Source: Octopus sinensis (Eukaryota). Taken from it: a stretch of 64,000 nt of DNA. The notes under the pieces are model-generated. The model was given only the letters and a program-made list of their open reading frames with translations, had not been told where the DNA came from and ran no database searches. Positions within the stretch are counted from its first letter, which is position 1. Each line of letters starts with the position of its first letter. Of this stretch, positions 28,028 through 38,320 are shown piece by piece. Position numbers and translations under genes: made by a program. Location of the stretch: the NCBI RefSeq assembly GCF_006345805.1, contig NC_043001.1, positions 92,690,001-92,754,000 on the forward strand. Reading direction: 5' to 3'.

Positions 28028-28820
28028 AACGGGAACCTTTATGAAAATAAACAAAAGACGAAGGCAGGTGGAAAACAAACGAACAATTGTATTAGTATGG
28101 CGCTCAGGAAATATAAATAAAACAAGTCTTTAACGTTTCGAGCCTACGCTCTTCAACATATATATATGATTGAAAAATAGGATAAAATAGGATAAAATCT
28201 TTATAAGAATTTATCAAGTAGCGTGAAAAACCTCTTAAGGGAAAAATCCATCAATCATTCCTCTTAAATATATTTACTTATATTAAGGGCATTACTATAC
28301 ATAAATGCCTCACACTAGGAGGGACTCTTAAAGTCAAAACTACCATAATAAATAAACACATTGTACTGAACTCGAGGGAATGCAACTCTCGAAGTGAGCA
28401 TTTTAAAAACAGAATTCAGCTGCATATCATAGGATTTCATAATTAGTGCACAAAATGCACTTTTTAATCTTCAGTGCAAGCATAATTCAAGACACACAAA
28501 AACGAACAAAAAATCAACATACCAGATGAACACCAAATGTATCCAGCATAGTACATAGAATTGTTCACACTTATATATCTATGTAAAAGGCAGGCTTTTC
28601 GAATTGCATCTCGGTACATGTGTTTATTCAGAATAAAATTCAGCACTGAATATATCCCGGTTAAATTTACAATTGAAAAATAGGATAAAATCTCTATAAG
28701 AATTTATCAAGTAGTTAGCATAAATATATTTAAGACGAATAATTGATGGATTTTTCCTTTATGAGGTTTTTCATGATAACTACTAATTCTTATAAAGGTT
28801 TTATCCTATTTATTCCAACC
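28028..28820. repeat. Penelope pLTR-like fragments: truncated hammerhead (28126-28158, -) plus direct and inverted copies of a ~105-bp unit (28170-28276, 28673-28820; another copy 48604-48705)
   Basis: aataggataaaatc.ttataagaatttatcaagtag recurs in both orientations; minus strand reads tgttgaagagcgtaggctcgaaacgttaaagac. Confidence 0.65.
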
Positions 28821-30865
28821 TTGCTGTTATCCAATTACTGAAACAAGTAAAAGAATAAAAGACTGAAAGGTACACATACACTTGTGTATGAGAGCACACA
28901 CACATACACACAAATAAACACTGGCAAGGGCTGTGTGAGCAAAATCGGTGCATCAAATAAATATGCTTTACGACAATTCATTTATTTCCATCAGTTATGA
29001 CACTTTATGCTGAGATAAACTTTGACAGACACAGACAGGTTAAATTATTTTTTTAAAATATATCAGTCAAAGTATAGAAGTCAATAAATAACCAACTAAA
29101 ACCCTTAAACATTCTACGATGGTCACAACCCCAATACTAAAAGCAGTGAAAGAATAAAAGAATAACTCAGCTTATTATTAATATACTAGAATTTTCTAGA
29201 AAATCTCTTCATAAACAATTTTCCAGTTAGCCACCTAAAATCCAATAAAAATTTTAAAAACTTCGAAAGTTTTAAAGACATGAAAAAGTAGGGACATATC
29301 TAACATCTAGAATCTAAAGGTATCATTTCACACACTAACATCATCATCTGGTATAAACAAATCAATGAATGAATAATGGTCACTAGATCTACCAAAAACT
29401 GTAGCCATATCTCCTTCAAATTACATGCTACTGTCTCAAAAATAGGTGTAGAGGTATCAGACAATGCAATTTTAGACACCTTTAAAACCAAAAATAAAAG
29501 AATGGTCAAGACTGGAATACGTTTAACCATAAGTCTTAATGAACAAGCATGATCTGTTCATTAAGACATTTTAACAACAACAATTAATATAAATACTGAC
29601 ATAAACAGGAAACAATCTTTAAAGCCAAAAAATGCCAAATTATCATCTTTATTATTAGATTATCTTTCAGTAGTTGACTATTGTTACTGTGGCAGGTTCA
29701 GTAAGCATTGGATAAAATACAGTATTTAGTATTTTGTTTCATCACATTAATATTTCACTGAGTTCTACTTTGCTTTTTATTATGTCAGTTGCTAAAACAA
29801 ATAACAGTATTATACATCAACATGGTCCTCATTTAAAAGTGTGCAACCTTGTATCAATACAAGAAATTATTATTATAGCTAATATTGATTTTTTTTTTAA
29901 ATAAGCACAAGGTCTCAATTTAAGGAAGAGGAAAGTCAACATTTTAACTCTAGTGCTTGACTTGTACTTAATTTTACTGACCCAGGAGGATGGATGGTAA
30001 ACTAGATCTCAGGATTTGCATTTAAATGAAAAGAGCTAAAACAAAATAGCACAAGAAATGTTATCTAATATTATAACAATTCTGCCAGTCCCAAACCATT
30101 ATTATTGTTAATATTAATGTTATTACAAATAATATTTATTTAGTAGTGGTAGTTGAAGAATCTAAGCTCTGAAACTTTCCAAATATTTTCAGATTTAACA
30201 ATGATCTTCCTAAGAAAAGGTGAATATAGACATTTTCTTAAACATACTCATCAACAAAACACTTTTGAGGCTTAAATATATTGACAGAAAAATCATAATG
30301 CATAAGGAATGTGGTGTGTATAGAAAACCTCACAATTTCAGAATTTTAAGATTTCTTTTCAACATCATTTTATATTGTTGTTTCTTACTGTTAAGATTTT
30401 ATTTATTCATTTATTTATTTATTTTATATTGCAGAAATCTTATGGTCCGAAATGGTGCTCATAGAAGTGAAATAAAGTATTACTGATTATTGCATATACA
30501 TAAGATTCGTGAAATATTAGCAAAATGGTAACCATTAGAAGAATATATATCACACAACAAAAATTCTAGCTAGTTTAGTTCGATTGTTAGGATGCTTGCC
30601 AGCTAAACAAGGGGTAGAGGAAGAGGAGAGAAAGAAAAGAGGGGGAGATTAGATAGTTCTTTTCTTGTTAATAGAGATAACTTTATTAATAACCAAGACA
30701 ACACTTGCTGGATTATTAATTTAGCTATATGCCAATAAATGGGCTTCTTTATAGTAGCTTGATCTGCTAGAAATAATAGTCAATTTCCCTTAAACCTCTA
30801 CTATCTTTAAAAAAAAAACACATTGAATAATGTAGTCAGAGCACACTATTTTAGAGAGAGGGGGA

Positions 30866-30907
<42 letters not shown>

Positions 30908-32330
30908 TGCAGACCTAGTGCACAAAAACAACATTTAATTAACTATAAAGATACAAAGATACGACTTCAGGCTCTTGAAAGACTCAGTAATTGTACAGTG
31001 CTTCAAAATCTTCAGTAATGAGCTCTACCTTTCTATAGTACCTATTAGCAATGAAATAATACTAAATAAGAGCATTCAGTGCTGCATGCCACTGCTATGG
31101 ATGCAATCTAGTGACAATAGGGTTACAAACTGTCACCCTTTCAACTTCTAAATCATTATTAAATGGCTTGTGGACCTATGTTTCTCTTGAGACTATATGT
31201 TTTATGATATATTTTATGGTGATAATTTAGTAATAACTAATTCTGTTTCTATCATACATCAATGCTGTCCAGGCTTCATTCTATACTCAAATCACTTGGA
31301 AAGGTGATGCCTGTTCATATGTAGATTTTACTCTTTCCAACATCTTTCACATGAATATCTCATCTAAATATATATGCTTCCTTTAATTTTCTCTGATCTC
31401 CTCCAATCACCAATAACTATCCAATCACTTCCTGCATCAAAGATATATTTCTCATTCCAACATTCTGCCAAGTCATCAGTCTTAATGACATTAATGTTTA
31501 CAACTCTTCGTGGAGTATACTTATTCCATACAGATGTTACCTGTGTAGAAAGCAAATCTTTTCTAATCCTCAGTATCAACTAGTTTCATACACTAAACAT
31601 ATTACTATCATTCCCTTTGATCTCTCTCACTTTCAAACTCAGCATCTTCAAAACCATCACAGACTCTTGTAATTGGTACACATTCTTGACTAATGATATT
31701 CAAAATTATCTGACTCATAAGAGCTCTATCAATTCAAGGCTATCTAATAAATGAGCTTCCCTCCTGATTCTTCTAAGAAATTTAGGTGAGTTAACGAAAC
31801 TATTCTGTTAGGTATATCTTTTCATATTCCACACATAACCAAAACTCACTCCTAAATCTCCCAAGTAATTCACTCATTACTGCACTGCAGCAGTCCAGGC
31901 ACAGATCACAATCTACAACACTTGGAGCTATAGGTAAATTATAATTTCATAATGCTACATAATTAAATGACATCACTCTTTCAGCAAAACAAAAACTTGC
32001 CTGTCAGTTGTAGATTCTACAATTTAAGCACTGCAATTTAATGAAATTATTTTCAGTGATATAGGCACATGCTATAAACAATAGTGGATTTGCCAATCAA
32101 ACATAACAATTTTCTTCACACGAGAAATAAATGTATTTTACAGTCACACCATGTAAGTGTCAGGAAGAGACAAACTCTACAGTCAACAATCTAGCACTAA
32201 AAAAACTAGACTACTCGTAATTCTAAAGAGGAAGAGCAGGAGGTGAGTGAAGTTATAAAAATGTGTTATTATGTACTATGAATTCAAATGTTTACTTTCA
32301 CTCAAGAAAGAATCAAAGCAATAAATATAG

Positions 32331-32371
<41 letters not shown>

Positions 32372-32827
32372 AATTTAACTACGCGGCAGTCAATATTTTA
32401 TTTGATGCGGCATACGTTTCCAATGGAGTCTAGGCATGCTTTTGGCGCGGAATTTGAGACATAACTAAAAATGTAATTGGTTGGACCGCTCGTGTTTTTG
32501 ACGCTCGAATCGATCTAATTAATTGCATTTCTGACAAACTCTACCGAAGATTTATAGATGTAAGTGTAAGTAAAACTACATATTACATTAGTAATGAAAC
32601 AATTGTATAGAGTCAATCTATTTTATTCGTTGTATTTCACTTTCCTTACGTTAAATGTATGTTGATTCTAGTTGGAAACAGATCTTCTGTGGTTGCTTCG
32701 GAGCTATTTTTAGCACTAGAGTTATCCACATAGTGGATAACTCTCTAATAATTTATATATATATATATATATAATTTATTATATAGAAGGAGCTTCTACA
32801 GGACTAGAACTGTTTCATTCAAGAGAA

Positions 32828-32923
32828 ATCTCCATATATATAATATAACGTAATGTATTATGATATATATATATATATATATATATATCATAATACATTA
32901 CGTTATATTATATATATGGAGAT
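32828..32923. repeat. perfect 96-bp palindrome centred on (AT)13
   Basis: atctccatatatataatataacgtaatgtattatg-(AT)13-cataatacattacgttatattatatatatggagat. Confidence 0.95.
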
Positions 32924-33077
32924 AGCTCTCTGGATATGTATATATAAAGAGCACAGCAGGTATATATAAAATGTGTACCTCATGCCAGGAAAAGTAATGA
33001 AATAAATAATTTAAAAAAAATAATTTTTACCATTAACATTATTATTACAATCATTATCATTATTATTATAATTATTA

Positions 33078-33316
33078 AGGCAGCAAGCTAGCAGAATCAT
33101 TAGCATACCAGAGAAAATGCTCAGTAGTATTTCTTCTGATTTTATATTCTGCATTCAAATGCTGCCAAAGTTGTCTTTGTCTTTCATTCTTTCAGGGTCA
33201 ATAAAATAGGTAGCAGATGAGTACTAGGGTTGATGTAATTGACTTACCCACTCCCCCTGAAAATGCTGGCCTCGTACCAAAATTTAAAACCATTATTGTT
33301 ACTATTATGATGATTA

Positions 33317-33357
<41 letters not shown>

Positions 33358-34450
33358 GCTGTTGTTAAGATGGAGAGCTGATAGTATCATTAGAATGCTG
33401 GGGAAAATGCTTGGCAGCATTTCATCCATTCTTATGTTCTGAGTTCAAATTCCACCGAGGTTGACTTGACCTTTCATCCTTTCAGGGTTGATAAAATCAG
33501 TGTCAGTGGAGCACTAGGATCAGTGTAATCAACTATCCCCCTCCAACAAAAATTCCAGGCCTTGTACTTATAGTAGAAAGGATTCTTCTTATTATTATTA
33601 AAGTTTCTAGCTGGCAGAACTGCTTAGCAGCTTTCCATCCAACTTCACAATTTGAGTTCAAATTCTACCAAAGTCAACTTTGCCTATCCTCCTTTAGGGT
33701 TCAATAAAATTATTACCAGTTGATAAATGTGGTTAATTCTATAAACTTCCTTACTCTTGAAAATTGCTGACCCTGTGCCAAAATAACAATAACAGCAGCA
33801 GCAGCAGTCTGCCGCCGCCACCACCACCAACACCAACACCACCACCATCATTCTTAAAGCAGCAAGCTGGCAGAATCATTAGCACATTAGGACAAAATGC
33901 TTAACAGCATTTCCTCTAGCTCTTTATATTCTGTCAACTTTGCTTTTCATCCTTTTGGGATTGATAGAATAAATACCAGCTAAGCACTGGAGTTGATGTA
34001 ATTAACTAACCACTCTCTTCAAAATTGCTGGTCTTGTACCAAAATTAGAAAGTATCGTATTATTATTATTGGTGAGGTGAGCTAACAGAATAGTTACAGT
34101 ATGGGACAAAAGACTTAATAGCATTTCTTCTGGCTTTATGTTCTGAGTACAAATGTCATTGAGGTCAACTTTGCATTTCATCCTTTCAGAGTTGATGAAG
34201 TAAGTACCAGTTGAGCACAGAGGTCAATGTAAGTAACTATCCTCTTCCCCTAAAATCGTTGGTCTTCCACCAAAATTTGAAACAATTATTATGACTATTT
34301 TGAGTCTGAGTTCAAATTCCATCAAGGTCATCTTTACCTTTCATCCTTTCGGGGCCAATAAAATAATTACCAGTTGAGCACTGGGGTCGATGTAATTGAC
34401 TTACCCCCTCCCTTGAAGGTTCAAGCCTTGTGCCTTTAGTAAAAAGGATT
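33078..34450 (+). repeat. head-to-tail array of ~6 SINE family B copies separated by (ATT)n/(CCA)n
   Basis: Unit ggcagcaagctggcagaatcattagca..gagttcaaattcc..ctttcatcctttc.gggt.ataaaat.agtaccag..gatgtaattgact starts near 33078, 33368, 33601, 33856, 34071 and 34300 (last one truncated). Confidence 0.9.
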
Positions 34451-35484
34451 ATTATTATTATTATTTTGTAAAATGGTTATTTGCAATTTAATAAAAGTTA
34501 TAAATAAGCAGAGTTTTATAAAATTTGAAATTTTATAAAAGTAAAGTTATTTGGTTTCCCAGTAATAACAAACTCTAACATACCACCATAAGACAAACAG
34601 GCACACAGTTACACGTAGCACAATAAGAATCTTATATAAAGTGTACTGAGAAAGCAAAGGCAAAAGAGAATTACATTTCTATAAAATTAAGGTGATCTAG
34701 TACCTTGCTAAAAAGAGTGTGTTCATTCATTGCTATTCTTGTTTGTTTTTCTGTTTTGTTTTTTAAATAAAATCATGTATCATCACTCACTGCTCTATCA
34801 TGTAACTACACTTCATAATCTGATCTCAATACAAACAAGATAATTTCAATAAGATTTCAGTAGCCAAAAAGCAAATAATGTAAACAGAAATTTACACAAG
34901 AAAGATGTTCAGATTCACAGAAATGTGAACACGCTTCTTGATACACTAGAGTATACCACCAAATGCCCAATCATAAAAAGATAAACTTTCTAAAGAGAGA
35001 TTAAAAAACTAACAGCATGCTTTTAAACCAAACAGGAATAAATTCTCAAAGACCTTCTATTTCACTAAATTATGTTCAGGATATTTTTTAAATGTTAACT
35101 ACTTGCATCTAATAAGACATTAAAAGGTGCTCAAGTGAGAAAAGAAATGGATATGATGCACAATCATATTGTTTGTGCAGTTATATCTTTTTAGTCCTTT
35201 TCATATATCTATATATATTATATATATATATTATATATATATATATATATATATGAACAGATATCATTTAAAAAAAGGCAAAATATGACAAAAAAAAAAC
35301 AACAGGATTAAGAGTGCTGTTATTATTTCTTCATACTTTCAGTTTTAGTCAGTGCCAAACTGCATCTAAGTAAAGTGAAAGAGACCATATGAAGAGTTCA
35401 GTTCCTATAATTCACAACCATGGTAATATTTTAGATGGAGCATAAAACTGGAATGTGTAAAGAACAATGCATCATCAAACTTAC

Positions 35485-35496
35485 CTGTCTTGGGAG
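35485..35496 (-). CDS. tutl: candidate 12-nt microexon in the Ig-FN3 linker
   Basis: ttttctacctatttctattaacAG|CTCCCAAGACAG|GTAAGT: pyrimidine-rich acceptor, consensus donor, symmetric phase 1-1, no stop. Changes IE-K-TTPH to IE-TPKTE-TTPH. Confidence 0.62.
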
Positions 35497-35950
35497 CTGT
35501 TAATAGAAATAGGTAGAAAAGAACCATAGTCTGTCATTTTTTAATGTTTTTTAATGAGTAATGCTACATACCTAATTTCTTTATTTTGTTTCATATATTT
35601 AAATATTAAGGTATTTAATTTATTTATTAGTCTTTATCATTGTGCCTACTGAGTTACAATGCCTAAGTGGTTAGGGTATGGACTATGACTACATGGAATT
35701 AAGCTCAAATCTACATATATTCCCTAGGTAGAGTAAATAATTCTTGCATCAGTCAGTCTGGATGACTAAAAGGTACCTCTTTTACTTCTCTATTAAGTGA
35801 TTAAGAAAGAAAAAATAACAAGTAGAAAAAATAATAGTAAATCACTCCAACAAATATAAAATTTGCAAAAAACTTTCCATTTATGCTATCCATGAGCATA
35901 TGGATGACAAAGTGAACAAAATGAAAAAATATAAAAAAAAGCATACATAC

Positions 35951-36104
35951 TTTCAATGAGCAGTTTTGTACCAATAACAATACTAGTGATTTGGTTTGTT
36001 GCTACACATTCATAATCGCCATGGTCTGCTTTTTCAAGAAGATAGATGGTCAGGTTCCCTTTATTTTGAGAAGCTCGACTTTCCCAATCAATTTCACCAT
36101 CAAC
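35951..36104 (-). CDS. tutl: turtle/IGSF9-like exon, C-half of the Ig domain (not in the ORF track)
   Basis: Acceptor ttttctAG, donor GAAA|GTATGT. 154 nt, phase 0 to 1. VDGEIDWESRASQNKGNLTIYLLEKADHGDYECVATNQITSIVIGTKLLIE contains the D-x-G-x-Y-x-C Ig motif and continues the frame of 43143-43258. Confidence 0.92.
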
Positions 36105-38028
36105 CTAGAAAATGAGTCAATTAATAATAACCTTGTAATAACCTGAGACATACATTTGGCTACAGTGGCCCAAAGGTTCTTTACTTAGTCACTAAAATAT
36201 GTGTTGTTTCAGGAATATCATAAAAGTATACTTGAATTGATGAATACAGCTGAAAATAGATACTCTTCCTAATTCTTGATTGATGTGCCAAGCTATTCAG
36301 ATGGAAACAGATCTAGCTAACATGAACCATTAGATGGGTATGCCAATATTTACAGCAATATTAGAACCTTGAATTTTGCATTAACATCTAATAAACATAT
36401 GTAACTGAACATACTTAATGATATTGTCTAAATGTTTCAAGCTTCCTATGATTAGTGAAGGGAGTTTTCCTAAGCCTATAAGGGGTGCTGACTCCATATT
36501 TGCAATCAATGAGTCCTGATGATGATGGAACAAGATGTTAAACTGCATGAATATACGATGTTTGTAACATAAATCAACAAATCACAAATATACCATATAT
36601 TTCTCCACTTAAATATGAACATACTGAATACCTAAAACCAAATAAATTGCAGGCTATTACCAAACAATCAGAATCAGATAGAAGGTAGCCAAATATCAAA
36701 ACACAGATCATAAAAGATATCAAAAGGTAAGTCTATAATAAGTTAGGCAAAATATATTGAAATTAATCTCCTAAGTAAGGTAATGTCAGTGTTCTTTTTA
36801 TGGCATAATTTAAAAGCCCAAGAAATAACTGTTTTTTTATTTTAATGTTTTGTTTTTTAAACACTTTTCTCTTTTTATGTTAATAAACTAAGCCACATTA
36901 TCATTTCTATCCATTTAGGCGAAACAATAATGAGATTCTTGTTGTTATACTCACTAAGTTTTACTGAAATTGCTAACAATATCCTTTGAATAGAGACTAC
37001 TTGAATAGCAAACTAGATAAATCATGCTATGTTACTAAACTTCAATCATTCATTCAACACACTTGTTAGAGATGCAAAAATTATCAGCTATTTATGATAA
37101 ATTACTTATATCTTTAGGAAAAATGTAAGTACATATTGAAATTTTCAATCCTGGATACATTAAAATTTAAAAAAAAGGAAATTATTTTGATTACAAAAAT
37201 AAACAGATCAATAAATGAATATGACACAAATACAAAAGCAATAACTACAGAAAACAGGTAATAAATATATTTACAAAATATTTGAGCATCCTCAGCATAT
37301 AACTCATGTTTACTAATAGACAACATAAAGATTCAAAAGATCACTTGAACATATCTCCAAATCACAACAAAATGCAACTAAATAAAAGAAATGCTATCAC
37401 TTACTGTAAAAGCCCTCAACTTAATGACTATATCAAAGTACAAAATACCAACACAAGATGACATTATATACATAAAACATATAGCAACAATAAAGAGAGC
37501 TTATATACACTGTGTAATTACAAAACAGAACAGAAAAGCTTCAGTGTACTAAAATACCTGAATAAGAGCCTTAGAAAAATTTTTTATGGAACCAAAAACC
37601 TCACGATATAAAGGTGTAATAAGAGCAATAATTAAATGGAAAATTGAGGTAAGCTAATCATAGTACCCTCTCAAATTACACTCCAATAAAGCAGTAAAAA
37701 CCAAGCCATGGAGGATGCTTCACAATATGAAATTATGAAACCTGTACATATATGCAACAAATAGCATTTAAATGTCAATAGGACATGATAGCATACTTGA
37801 AACTTAAGTATTCATAAATCAGCAATAGAATGCACATTAATATAATGAATATATACACAGGATGATGGAAAGTATAAGCACTAATTTCAGAGGGAAAAAT
37901 GGAAACAATCCATTGATGGTACCTAAAGTACATAGCATTTGTAGGGTGATGTGTTACTGATTACATTGCAGTGTGTCTGCATTCCATTTCATCAAATCAG
38001 ATGCTATGACTAGTTTATGCTATTTGAA

Positions 38029-38320
38029 ATAGAAGTGGAGCTGCTGAGGTTTCGTGGGACAATCATTCTTAAAAGTTCTGACTGGGCTTGGAGTTACTGG
38101 AGCAACAAAGAGGAGAGCTACAAATTTCATCACCGAAACTGCAGAGAAGACTACTAGGTGACTTTGGATAAAGAGGGCAGACCAGTGGTTTGCTACTATT
38201 GGGATGCAAGCTGGGACTTGATCAACCCCAGCTGGGTCAACTAGGTGAGGGGAGTCTGATGTTGAAAAACTCAAAACCCTTTGAGACCCTAGAAATATCA
38301 CTGATGATGCATCCCAGAGC
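38029..38320 (+). mobile_element. 3' end of a HERO-like (REL-endonuclease) non-LTR retrotransposon
   Basis: IEV.C*GFVGQSFLKVLTGLGVTGATKRRATNFITETAEKTTR*LWIKR resembles the HERO C-terminus (PIEVGCRGF...AEKASRWLW); 3' tail atatcactgatgatgcatcc. Confidence 0.7.

Noticed and set aside
32722-32730. TTATCCACA, identical to a bacterial DnaA box
   Set aside because: Eukaryotic context; it is one arm of a small hairpin and is coincidental.
33078-34450. Repeat-spacer-like periodicity reminiscent of a CRISPR array
   Set aside because: Units are ~210-bp diverged SINEs with microsatellite linkers; there are no cas genes and the DNA is eukaryotic.
37405-37427. Possible 23-nt exon ending CA|GTAAGT in the intron splitting the Ig domain
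   Set aside because: Introduces an in-frame TGA and a frameshift, and the acceptor is weak.
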